The notes under the pieces are model-generated. The model made no database searches, had not been told where the DNA came from, and saw nothing but the letters and a program-made list of their open reading frames with translations. A stretch of DNA of 64,000 bases, taken from positions 16,600 through 80,599 of the forward strand of contig JAPKZJ010000108.1 in assembly GCA_026393855.1 (NCBI GenBank), in the 5' to 3' direction. The first letter of the stretch is position 1. Each line of letters begins with the position of its first letter. The DNA is from Candidatus Aminicenantes bacterium (lineage in GTDB: Bacteria > Acidobacteriota > Aminicenantia > Aminicenantales > UBA4085). A program made the translations under genes and the position numbers. Below, in pieces: positions 7,580 through 15,229 of the stretch.

Positions 7580-7891
7580 TAAGAATTTTCGCTAAATTCC
7601 ATGGAAGGCGGTTCGGCGTGTCGCCCCGGCAACGCTTTGGTAGTCCTCGCTAGGACAAATTCCTATTCAGTCCTCGCGAGGGCGGCTTCGGGCTCTACTC
7701 GCCTTTTCCCACAGCTCTCTTCGGCGCCTCCAGCGCTTCGCAGTCCTCGTAGGGACGTCGCTTCGGCAGTCCCCGCGAGGATTGGCTTCCCTCAGAGAGT
7801 TATGGAAAAAGGCGCCGCCCTCGCAATTTCGCCGTTGGCCGGCACTCCGAACCACCTGATCTCCTTGGAATTTAGCGAAGATCTAAGAATT
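7580..7891. repeat. family B long-foldback repeat, copy 1 (inverted relative to copy 2)
   Basis: The 8-bp direct repeat TAAGAATT (7580-7587 and 7884-7891) flanks the element. Terminal inverted repeats are TTCGCTAAATTCCATGGAAGG (7588-) and CCTTGGAATTTAGCGAA (-7880). The arms continue pairing inward (GGTTCGGCGTG.. / ..CACTCCGAACC). It shares the 15-mer CGGCCAACGGCGAAA (7827-7841, complementary strand) with 22949-22963. Confidence 0.8.
7643..7782. repeat. four short hairpin units inside family B copy 1
   Basis: The units are GTCCTCGCTAGGAC (7643-7656), GTCCTCGCGAGGGC (7670-7683), GTCCTCGTAGGGAC (7743-7756) and GTCCCCGCGAGGAT (7769-7782). The last two lie in ~25-nt tandem units beginning GCTTCG(G)CA. 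Confidence 0.7.
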
Positions 7892-7909
7892 GAGGTTGGG
7901 GTAAAAAAT

Positions 7910-8737
7910 TCAGCCGCCCAGACCCAAGGCCTTGCGGAAGAAATTGGGCAGGGCGAAGGCGGCTTCGTGTATTTCCGGGTTGTAGTACCGGAGCCGCGGG
8001 ACGGGTTTCTTGCGTCGAGGCCCGAGCGGCGCCACGTCATCCGAGAGATAGACGAAGCACCATGTCCCGCCGGGGTAAGTCGGGACGGGGCAGGTATAGA
8101 AGGCCGCGTGCTTGAACATGGCTTTCAGGAATCGATACTTGGCCCTATGCTGAGCCTGGTGATAGAGCAGCGCGCCAGCTTGGGCCGCGATGATCCCGCC
8201 CGGCTTCAGGATGGCCTTCAAGGCGGCGTAGAATGTTTTCTCGTGCAGAACCGTGGACGGCCCGACCGGGTCGGAAGAATCGACCAGAATGACGTCGAAG
8301 CGGTCCCGGGTCGAGCGGATGAAGGCGTTGCCGTCGGCCACCGTTAGCTCCGCGCGGGGATCGGCGAAATCCTTTCGCAGCCAGGGATAGAACCGTTTGC
8401 AGACATCGATCACCTGGCCGTCGATCTCGCATAGCCAGGCCTTGCGGACGGGATGGCGAAGAACCTCGCGCAAGGCTCCGCCGTCGCCGCCGCCGATGAT
8501 CAGGACGTCGAGCGGCCGGCGGTGGAGGGTCAGGGCCGGGTGAACGAGCATCTCGTGGTAGAAAAATTCGTCCGCGTCCGTCGTCTGGACGAGACCGTCG
8601 AGCAGGAGAACGCGGCCGAATGCTTTATTGCGGATGAGCTCGATCTTCTGGAACTTCGATCGGCCCTGGTACAGGGTCCGGTCCACTTTGAAGAAAATCC
8701 CGTGCCAGGGAGTTTGATTCTCGCGCGCTTCCTTCAT
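7910..8737 (-). CDS. speE: spermidine synthase (polyamine aminopropyltransferase)
   Basis: LLLDG..Q.T..DEF.YHEML.H, VLIIGGGDGG..REV..H and ILVDSSDP.GP are classic SpeE motifs. The protein is 275 aa and a GAGGAGG RBS lies at 8744-8750. Confidence 0.9.
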   Translation of the reverse strand: MKEARENQTPWHGIFFKVDRTLYQGRSKFQKIELIRNKAFGRVLLLDGLVQTTDADEFFYHEMLVHPALTLHRRPLDVLIIGGGDGGALREVLRHPVRKAWLCEIDGQVIDVCKRFYPWLRKDFADPRAELTVADGNAFIRSTRDRFDVILVDSSDPVGPSTVLHEKTFYAALKAILKPGGIIAAQAGALLYHQAQHRAKYRFLKAMFKHAAFYTCPVPTYPGGTWCFVYLSDDVAPLGPRRKKPVPRLRYYNPEIHEAAFALPNFFRKALGLGG

Positions 8738-8750
8738 GGCCGCCTCCTCG

Positions 8751-8774
8751 GGATCGGAAGCGGATCCGATCCCG
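8751..8774 (-). promoter_or_regulatory. 9-bp hairpin in the speE 5' leader, abutting the Shine-Dalgarno; TATAAT (minus strand) at 8797-8802
   Basis: GGGATCGGA(8751-8759)/TCCGATCCC(8766-8774). The minus-strand -10-like TATAAT is the complement of ATTATA at 8797-8802. Confidence 0.35.
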
Positions 8775-8825
8775 GTTCGCTTCCGACGGTGCCGGAATTA
8801 TACACGAAATCCGGCGCCGCCCCTC

Positions 8826-11042
8826 TCAGTACATCGTCCGCAGGGAGATGCCCCGATAGTACTTGCCCAGGATGTCTTCGCAAGAGGAGCCCTTCTGGGC
8901 CATGCGGAAGGCGCCGATTTGGCAGAGGCCCACACCGTGGCCCCAGCCTTTGCCGCTGAAGACAAAATGCGAGATCGATCCGTCGGGGCCGTACTCGCGA
9001 TCGATGACGAACAGATTGTCGCGCAGGTTGAGCACCTGGCGGATGCGAAGCCCCCGGATCTTGATCTGGCTTTCCTGGCCCACGAGGGACAGCTCCACGA
9101 TCCGCTTGGATTCGCCGCGCTTGAGGGGCAGCAGATCGATCAGCCGCCCGACCGGATAGAACAGATTGACCCGCTCCTGGAGCTCCTGGCGCGTCAACCG
9201 GACCTGCCAGCGGTGGAACGGCGACGTCGCGTCGAGGACCGCCGAAGACGGCGCCTGCACGATCTGAAGCAGCCGGATCTTCCCGTCCGTCTCGATCCAG
9301 CGGACGATATCACCGGCCAGCAGGTCGAGGCTGGAGACGGCGGAGACAGCCCCGCCCGTTTCGCGGAAGAGAACGGCTCCCGGCACAACCTCGAGGCTCT
9401 TGTCTCCCCCGTCCGTATGCAGAACGAGAGTGTTCGCGCGCATTTCGTGCACCGACCCCTGCCGATAGAAGTCCTTATAAGTCGCCAGGACCTTGTGGAT
9501 GAGATACGCCGCTTGGGCCCGGCTGACGCCGCGGCCGCGGTCGGTCCAGCGTTCGGAAACGGAGGCCAAGCCGGCGGAAAGGAAATAAGCCAGGGCGGAC
9601 CGCTCCTTGGCCGTCAGGTTCGGCACAGACTGCAGGGCCCGGTCGGCTTCGCCTGGCACGGTCAGGTTGTCGACCCGATCGTTCCAATCGAAGGCCGTAA
9701 CGAGCTGGGCGGCCAGCATTGGGAAGTCCAGGGAGGCCGACTCGGACGGGGCTCGGCCGGGCTTTTTCCCCAGCAGGGCGGCGGCCTTCGTCATCCAGCC
9801 CCAGGCTTCCACGGTCGTGGCCGGTGCCTTCCACCATCCCGCATCCATCTCCCATCCCAAGACGCCGAGGGAGGTCAGGGCCGCGACGGAGGCCGAGACA
9901 TCGGCGTTGTCGACGATAAGCGCCGGGAACACCGTCGGCGTCTTGATCGTCCACCCCTCTTCATCGTTCTGGATGCATGGGGTGCTCTTCAGGTAGGGCA
10001 TCGGCCCGCCCTCGAACATGGCCTCGACGTTCTCGGTGGCGCCGCCGCAGGTGCTCATATAGAGGGCGTTGATCAGCTTGCCGTCATAGACGGCCGCCAG
10101 GCCCCGGGTCTGCTCGACGGCGCGAGTGCTCAGCGCCTGTTCGGCGCTCAAGCCCAGATAGACCTGGGAGACGGGCGTCGCATATAGATCGAACCCGAGA
10201 TCGTTGAACTGGCCCAGGTTCTTCAGCGCATACGTGCGCGCGGCCACGGCCTGGGCTTTTTGAGCTTCGATCTCGGTGAAGAAGGACGGCGGAAGCTCGC
10301 CGGGGACGACCCCTTTCAGGTAATCCTCCATATTGAGGATATTGATCAAGATCAGCCCTTTGCGGCTTCCCCGCAGGACCAGGATGCCGCGGTAGGTTCG
10401 CCCCTTGTAGCTGAGAAAGCTCTCGCTTGAACCCGGAATGAAGTAGAGGGCGGCATCGGCATTGAGGTTGATGAGATGGCCGTTGACTTGGACCCAGTGG
10501 GGGTGGTTCTCGGTTTCGGAAACCTCTTCGCGGACGATCCAGGCCTCGACGAACCCCAGGCTTGCAGCTCTTTTGATGAAGGCCAGGGCGTCGCCCCTAG
10601 TCAGAAAGTCGCCGATCCGGACGAAATAAGCCGGCTCTCCCGCGGCTTCGGAATCCTGGCTCACGGCGACCCTTTGGGCAATCTGGGAACGGATGGCCCG
10701 GGCGGCTCCTTCGGCCTCTTCTTTTTTTCGAAATTGGGCAACCTGGACAAGGAATTTTTCGCTTAGCTTGGCCTGCTGGCCCTGGATGTGGGCCTGGGAG
10801 GCATCTTCGGCCAAAAGCTTGTAGGCGCCGTCGACCTGATAGATCTTCATCCCCGAGGACGACTTGACGAGGATGTCCTCGATGTTGACGCCGAGGGCGA
10901 TCCGGATGACCGGCTTGGCCATGGGATACCCCTGGAAAAAGAGGTTTTCTTCGCCGAATTCCGCCGGCCTTCCGGCGAAGAAATAGAGCAGGACGAACAC
11001 GAGAAAGACGGATTTATGGTGATCGGTCAGGATTCTTCGCAT
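8826..11042 (-). CDS. SpoIID/LytB-domain cell-wall protein with N-terminal SPOR-like domain and a long internal insertion
   Basis: SpoIID hallmarks are present: YLKGVVPGELP......EAQKAQAVAARTYAL, YMSTCGGATEN, and C-terminal GKGWGHGVGLCQIGA..MA. The N-terminal region (...FVRIGDFLTRGDALAFIKRA..LGF) looks SPOR-like. Confidence 0.82.
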   Translation of the reverse strand: MRRILTDHHKSVFLVFVLLYFFAGRPAEFGEENLFFQGYPMAKPVIRIALGVNIEDILVKSSSGMKIYQVDGAYKLLAEDASQAHIQGQQAKLSEKFLVQVAQFRKKEEAEGAARAIRSQIAQRVAVSQDSEAAGEPAYFVRIGDFLTRGDALAFIKRAASLGFVEAWIVREEVSETENHPHWVQVNGHLINLNADAALYFIPGSSESFLSYKGRTYRGILVLRGSRKGLILINILNMEDYLKGVVPGELPPSFFTEIEAQKAQAVAARTYALKNLGQFNDLGFDLYATPVSQVYLGLSAEQALSTRAVEQTRGLAAVYDGKLINALYMSTCGGATENVEAMFEGGPMPYLKSTPCIQNDEEGWTIKTPTVFPALIVDNADVSASVAALTSLGVLGWEMDAGWWKAPATTVEAWGWMTKAAALLGKKPGRAPSESASLDFPMLAAQLVTAFDWNDRVDNLTVPGEADRALQSVPNLTAKERSALAYFLSAGLASVSERWTDRGRGVSRAQAAYLIHKVLATYKDFYRQGSVHEMRANTLVLHTDGGDKSLEVVPGAVLFRETGGAVSAVSSLDLLAGDIVRWIETDGKIRLLQIVQAPSSAVLDATSPFHRWQVRLTRQELQERVNLFYPVGRLIDLLPLKRGESKRIVELSLVGQESQIKIRGLRIRQVLNLRDNLFVIDREYGPDGSISHFVFSGKGWGHGVGLCQIGAFRMAQKGSSCEDILGKYYRGISLRTMY

Positions 11043-11062
11043 GCCAAGGCCTGTTCTTTAAG

Positions 11063-11084
11063 GCGGTCCCTTCGGCCGCTTTTT
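11063..11084 (+). terminator. orphan terminator-like hairpin plus T5 on the plus strand
   Basis: GCGG-T-CC CTTC GG CCGC (11063-11079) is followed by TTTTT (11080-11084). No plus-strand gene lies upstream. It sits 21 nt from the SpoIID-like start codon, inside that gene's 5' leader on the other strand. Confidence 0.3.
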
Positions 11085-11102
11085 CACTCCTCAAAAATAA
11101 TC

Positions 11103-11157
11103 CATATATGTGGCCGCTTGCGGCACATATACCATATATGGGGGTTGCTGACAGCAA
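11103..11157. promoter_or_regulatory. AT-rich palindrome cluster (operator-like) in the divergent SpoIID-like/acsA control region
   Basis: The palindromic 8-mer CATATATG occurs twice (11103-11110, 11133-11140). An imperfect 25-nt palindrome ATATGTGGCCGC-TT-GCGGCACATAT lies at 11106-11130. A 13-bp palindrome TTGCTGACAGCAA lies at 11145-11157. The local GC drop is striking. Confidence 0.45.
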
Positions 11158-11222
11158 TAGAGACAAAATGATATCCGATCCGGTTTGGCATGTCAATCCC
11201 TTCGTTCCCCCCTTGTTCGCTT

Positions 11223-11250
11223 TTGACTTTTCCCCTGTTTCGGATATAAT
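11223..11250 (+). promoter_or_regulatory. sigma-70-type promoter for acsA
   Basis: TTGACT (11223-11228), a 16-nt spacer, then TATAAT (11245-11250), 34 nt before the acsA ATG. Confidence 0.55.
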
Positions 11251-11283
11251 CCCGTTTCTTAAATTTCATTGCGAGGACGGTCC

Positions 11284-12987
11284 ATGTCCAATATCGGCTC
11301 CTACGATGAACGGTATGCGGATTTCTCCTGGAAGATCGCGGAAAAAGAGCTGGATTACACGCCCGGCGGCGTTGTCAACATCGGTTGGCACTGCTCCGAC
11401 CGCATCTGCCTGCAGGGCCACGGCGACAAGCCCGCGCTCCTTTGGGAGGGACTGGGCGGAGCCGAGAAACGATTTACTTACAACGACATCCGTTTGGCCG
11501 GCAACACCATCGGCCAATTCCTGCGCGGGCTCGGCATCGCCGCCGGCGATCGCGTCTGCCTGTTCATGGACAAGGTGCCCGAGCTCTACTTCGGAGTCCT
11601 GGGCATCCTCAAGATCGGCGCCATCGGCCAGCCTCTTTTTTCGGCCTTCGGCGACGAATCGCTCTATGTGCGGCTTGAAAACGCCCAAACCAAAGCCGTC
11701 ATCACCCAGCGCAAGCACGCCCCCAAGATCCGCAAGATCCTGGACAAGCTCCCCTTTCTTGAGCACATCATCATCGTCGATCACGACGGCAAGGCGCCTC
11801 TCCAGGCCAAGGAAATCGCTTTCCATCTGGACAAGACCGTCCCTGTCGAACACCTCGATATCCATCCCACCCTGGCCGAATCGCCGTCGCTTCTCCACTA
11901 TACTTCGGGGACGACGGGGCAGCCCAAGGGCGTCAAGCATGTCCACTATTCCCTGATCTCCCAATACCTGACGACCAAATGGGTCCTGGATGTCCGCCCC
12001 GACGACGTCTATTGGTGCACCGCCGACCCCGGGTGGGTCACCGGCACCTCCTACGGCATCATCGGCCCCTGGAGCCTGGGCGTGACCCAGTGCGTCATGG
12101 ACACGGGATTTTCGGCCGAAGCCTGGTACAAGTTCATCGAAAAGCACAAGGTCACGGTCTGGTATTCGGCCCCGACCGCCATCCGCTCGCTGATGAAAGC
12201 GGGCGAGGAGATCATCAAAAAGTTCGATCTGCGAAGCCTCCGGCTCCTGGCCAGCGTCGGCGAGCCCCTCAACCCCGAGGCGGTCATTTGGTCCGAGCGC
12301 GTCTTCGGCCGGGCTTTTCTGGACACCTACTTTCAAACCGAGACCGGCTCGATCATGATCACCAACTATCCCGGGATGAAGATCAAGCCGGGCTCGATGG
12401 GCAAGCCCTTCCCCGGCATCGTCTCCACCGTCCTTGACCCCAAGCTCTACGAGCCGTACCCCGAATCGGGCAAGATCGGCCTGATCGGCATTAAGCCCGG
12501 CTGGCCGGCCATGATGCGGACCTACTGGAACAACGAGGAGACCTACCAGAAGAAGTTCAAGAACGGCTGGTACATGACCGGCGACCGGGCCAGCCTGGAC
12601 AAGGAAGGCTATTTCTGGTTCATCGGCCGCGACGACGACATCATCAACACCGGCGGCCATCTGGTCAGCCCCTTCGAAGTCGAATCGGCCCTGATCGAGC
12701 ACCCGGCCGTGGCCGAGTCCGCCGTCGTCAGCAAGCCCGATCCGATCAACATGGAAGTGGTCAAGGCCTTCGTCACCCTCAAGGCCGGGTTCACCGCCAG
12801 CGCCGATCTGGACCTGGAAATCATGAACTTCATCCGCAAGAAGCTCTCCCCCCTGGCCATGCCCCAGGAAATCGAGTTCACACCGTCGCTGCCCAAGACC
12901 CGCAGCGGCAAGATCATGCGCCGGATTCTCAAAGCCAAGGAATGGGGCGAGGAGATCGGCGATACCTCCACCCTGGAAGACGATTGA
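11284..12987 (+). CDS. acsA: acetyl-CoA synthetase (AMP-forming, short AcsA type)
   Basis: Start ATG 11284 follows GAGGACGG. YTSGTTGQPKG (AMP-binding P-loop), YWCTADPGWVTG, GEPLNPE, TGD and LPKTRSGKIMRR are present. The protein aligns by eye along its length with Bacillus-type AcsA (~570 aa). Confidence 0.88.
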   Translation: MSNIGSYDERYADFSWKIAEKELDYTPGGVVNIGWHCSDRICLQGHGDKPALLWEGLGGAEKRFTYNDIRLAGNTIGQFLRGLGIAAGDRVCLFMDKVPELYFGVLGILKIGAIGQPLFSAFGDESLYVRLENAQTKAVITQRKHAPKIRKILDKLPFLEHIIIVDHDGKAPLQAKEIAFHLDKTVPVEHLDIHPTLAESPSLLHYTSGTTGQPKGVKHVHYSLISQYLTTKWVLDVRPDDVYWCTADPGWVTGTSYGIIGPWSLGVTQCVMDTGFSAEAWYKFIEKHKVTVWYSAPTAIRSLMKAGEEIIKKFDLRSLRLLASVGEPLNPEAVIWSERVFGRAFLDTYFQTETGSIMITNYPGMKIKPGSMGKPFPGIVSTVLDPKLYEPYPESGKIGLIGIKPGWPAMMRTYWNNEETYQKKFKNGWYMTGDRASLDKEGYFWFIGRDDDIINTGGHLVSPFEVESALIEHPAVAESAVVSKPDPINMEVVKAFVTLKAGFTASADLDLEIMNFIRKKLSPLAMPQEIEFTPSLPKTRSGKIMRRILKAKEWGEEIGDTSTLEDD

Positions 12988-13016
12988 CACTCATATCCCA
13001 TAAGGAGTCATCCATC

Positions 13017-13268
13017 ATGGCCGATGAACTGAAGGACGTCGTCCTCAAGTACGTCATCGCGGAGTACTCGGAGGAAGGCAGCGACCCGATCAGCTTCGAC
13101 ACCCCCCTCATCTCGGGCGGGATCGTCGACTCGTTCTCCATGGTCTCGTTGAAGCGGTTCCTGGAAAACAAGTATAAGATCAGCATCCCCGATGATCAGG
13201 CCACCCCCGAGGCCTTCGACACGGTCGACAAGATCGCCGTCCTGGTCCGGCGCTTCACCCAGGCCTGA
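13017..13268 (+). CDS. small phosphopantetheine-type carrier protein (ACP/DltC-like)
   Basis: ATG 13017 lies 10 nt after TAAGGAG. The 83-aa protein is MADELKDVVLKYVIAEY...ISGGIVDSFSMVSLKRFLE, where G-x-x-DS-x-x-x-V-x-L is the carrier-protein Ser attachment motif. The track ORF 12942..13268 includes a 25-codon overlap with acsA that I discard. Confidence 0.7.
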   Translation: MADELKDVVLKYVIAEYSEEGSDPISFDTPLISGGIVDSFSMVSLKRFLENKYKISIPDDQATPEAFDTVDKIAVLVRRFTQA

Positions 13269-13310
13269 TCCCGCCCCGCCCGCGTCACCCCGAACGCAAG
13301 GAGTCAACCC

Positions 13311-14558
13311 ATGTCTTACAGCGAAAAAACCCGCGGTCTCTACCAGAGCGTCATTCAGGGCATGAAGGATGCCGGCCTGCTCAAGCAGGAGCGCTATATC
13401 CATTCGCCCCAGGCCGCCGAGATCGAAGTCGAGTTCCCTTCGGGCTCGGCCCTGAAGAAAGTCATCAACATGTGCGCCAACAACTACCTCGGGCTGTCCA
13501 GCCATCCCGAGGTCGTCAAGGCCGCCCACGCCGGCCTGGATTCGCGCGGCTACGGCATGTCCTCGGTCCGCTTCATTTGCGGCACGCAGGACATCCACCG
13601 CGAGCTGGAGCAGGTCACGACCAAGTTTCTGGGAACCGAGGACACCATCCTCTTCCCCTCCTGCATGGACGCCAACGCCGGCGTCTTCGAGGCTATCCTG
13701 ACCAAGGACGACGTCATGATCTCGGACCGCCTGGTCCACGCCTCGCTCATCGACGGCATTCGTCTCTGCAGCGCCATGCAGGACACCTTCAAGCATTCCG
13801 ACATGGCCCACCTGGAGCAGAAGCTGGAGATGCACCAGGACCGCCGGCTGCGGCTGGTCATCACCGACGGCGTCTTCTCGATGGACGGCGACACGGCCAA
13901 GATGGACGAGATGGTCGCCCTGTGCGAGAAGTACGACGCCATGCTGCTGGTGGACGACTCGCACTCCTCGGGCTTCATCGGCAAGACCGGCCGCGGCACC
14001 CACGAGAAGTACGGTGTGGTGGGCAAGATCGACGTCATCACCACGACCTTCGGCAAGGCCCTCGGCGGGGCGACCGGCGGCTGCGTCTCCGGGCGCAAGG
14101 AGCTGGTCGAGATGTGCCGCCAGAAGGCCCGGCCTTACCTCTTCTCCAACACCATCGCCCCGGTCGTCGTCGAGGGCATCCTGAAGGTCTTCGAGATCCT
14201 CAACGCCTCAACCGAGCGCCGCGACAAGCTCGAGCGCAACGCCGCCTACTGGCGGAAGGGCCTGCAGGAAGCGGGGTTCGTCCTCAAGGAAGGCGACACC
14301 CCGATCGTCCCGGTCATGCTCTTCAACGCCAAGCTGGCCCAGGATTTCTCCCGGGCCCTCTACGAGGACGGCGTCTACGCCGTGGGCTTCTTCTTTCCTG
14401 TCGTCCCCCAGAGCCAGGCCCGCATCCGGACTCAGCTTTCGGCCGGACACGAGATCCACCACTTGGACAAGGCCCTGGACGCTTTCGTCAAGGCCGGCAA
14501 GAAGTTCGAGATCCTGGGCAAGACGCGCCAGGAGATCATCGACCGCTTCGGGATGTGA
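13311..14558 (+). CDS. kbl: 2-amino-3-ketobutyrate CoA ligase (glycine C-acetyltransferase)
   Basis: CANNYLGL, GMSSVRFICGTQD.H.ELE, DGVFSMDGD, VDDSH..GF.G..GRG, T.GKALGGA.GG and RPYLFSN match E. coli Kbl block by block (PLP-Lys in TFGKALGG). There is a ~20-aa C-terminal extension. Confidence 0.9.
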   Translation: MSYSEKTRGLYQSVIQGMKDAGLLKQERYIHSPQAAEIEVEFPSGSALKKVINMCANNYLGLSSHPEVVKAAHAGLDSRGYGMSSVRFICGTQDIHRELEQVTTKFLGTEDTILFPSCMDANAGVFEAILTKDDVMISDRLVHASLIDGIRLCSAMQDTFKHSDMAHLEQKLEMHQDRRLRLVITDGVFSMDGDTAKMDEMVALCEKYDAMLLVDDSHSSGFIGKTGRGTHEKYGVVGKIDVITTTFGKALGGATGGCVSGRKELVEMCRQKARPYLFSNTIAPVVVEGILKVFEILNASTERRDKLERNAAYWRKGLQEAGFVLKEGDTPIVPVMLFNAKLAQDFSRALYEDGVYAVGFFFPVVPQSQARIRTQLSAGHEIHHLDKALDAFVKAGKKFEILGKTRQEIIDRFGM

Positions 14559-14584
14559 TCGACACCCAAGGAGGGTTCCGACCG

Positions 14585-15160
14585 ATGGAGAACAAGCTAG
14601 CCAACCCCGCGCCGCTCGGCCTGATGGGCTTCGGGATGACCACCGTCCTCCTGAACATCCACAACGCCGGGTTCTTCCCCGTCAGCGCCATGATCCTGGC
14701 CATGGGCATCTTCTACGGCGGCCTGGCCCAGGTCATCGCCGGCATCATGGAGTTCCGCAAGGGCAACACCTTCGGCACGACCGCGTTCACGTCCTACGGC
14801 ATGTTCTGGCTGACCCTGGTCGCCATCTGGGTCATCCCAGGGACCAACGCCCCCAACGGCGGCGCCACCCCGGTGCCGTTCATGGGCTGTTACCTGTTCA
14901 TGTGGGGGCTGTTCACCTGCTTCATGTGGTTCGGCACCTTCAAGAAGAACCGGGCTCTCCAGTTCGTCTTCCTCAGCCTGACCATTCTCTTCTTCCTGCT
15001 GGCCGCCCGCGACTTTCTGGGCTCCCCCGCCATCGGGCGGATCGCCGGCTTCGAGGGGATCATCTGCGGCCTGTCGGCCATCTACCTGGCCATGGCCGAG
15101 GTCCTGAATGAAGCCAAAGGCCGGATCGTCCTGCCGATCTGCGAGATCAGGAAGGGCTGA
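14585..15160 (+). CDS. satP: GPR1/FUN34/YaaH-family acetate (succinate-acetate/H+) channel
   Basis: ATG 14585 follows AAGGAGGG. The NPAPLGLMGFGMTT signature, six hydrophobic segments and a length of 191 aa all fit the family. Confidence 0.88.
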   Translation: MENKLANPAPLGLMGFGMTTVLLNIHNAGFFPVSAMILAMGIFYGGLAQVIAGIMEFRKGNTFGTTAFTSYGMFWLTLVAIWVIPGTNAPNGGATPVPFMGCYLFMWGLFTCFMWFGTFKKNRALQFVFLSLTILFFLLAARDFLGSPAIGRIAGFEGIICGLSAIYLAMAEVLNEAKGRIVLPICEIRKG

Positions 15161-15178
15161 ACGATTCGCAGATCCGTC

Positions 15179-15216
15179 CCTCCCTCATCCCGCTGATCCG
15201 TGCGGGGTGAGGGAGG
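15179..15216. terminator. 15-bp GC hairpin between convergent satP and porin genes (possible bidirectional terminator, no U-tract)
   Basis: CCTCCCTCATCCCGC (15179-15193) pairs with GCGGGGTGAGGGAGG (15202-15216), including one G-U, with an 8-nt loop. Confidence 0.45.
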
Positions 15217-15229
15217 CGGCGGCGGACGA

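Noticed and set aside
7643-7782. Possible CRISPR-like array, suggested by the repeated hairpin units.
   Set aside because: The units are only 14 nt, there are only four of them, and their spacing is irregular (27, 73 and 26 nt). They are imperfect, embedded in a foldback element, and there are no cas genes in the window.
13311-14558. The alpha-oxoamine synthase as a serine palmitoyltransferase (bacterial sphingolipid pathway), given the adjacent ligase and carrier protein.
   Set aside because: The protein matches E. coli Kbl block by block, including VRFICGTQD and the PLP-lysine context, and an SDR-type tdh is present in the window. The ligase matches AcsA rather than long-chain acyl-ACP synthetases. 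Only the carrier protein remains unexplained and is kept as a finding.
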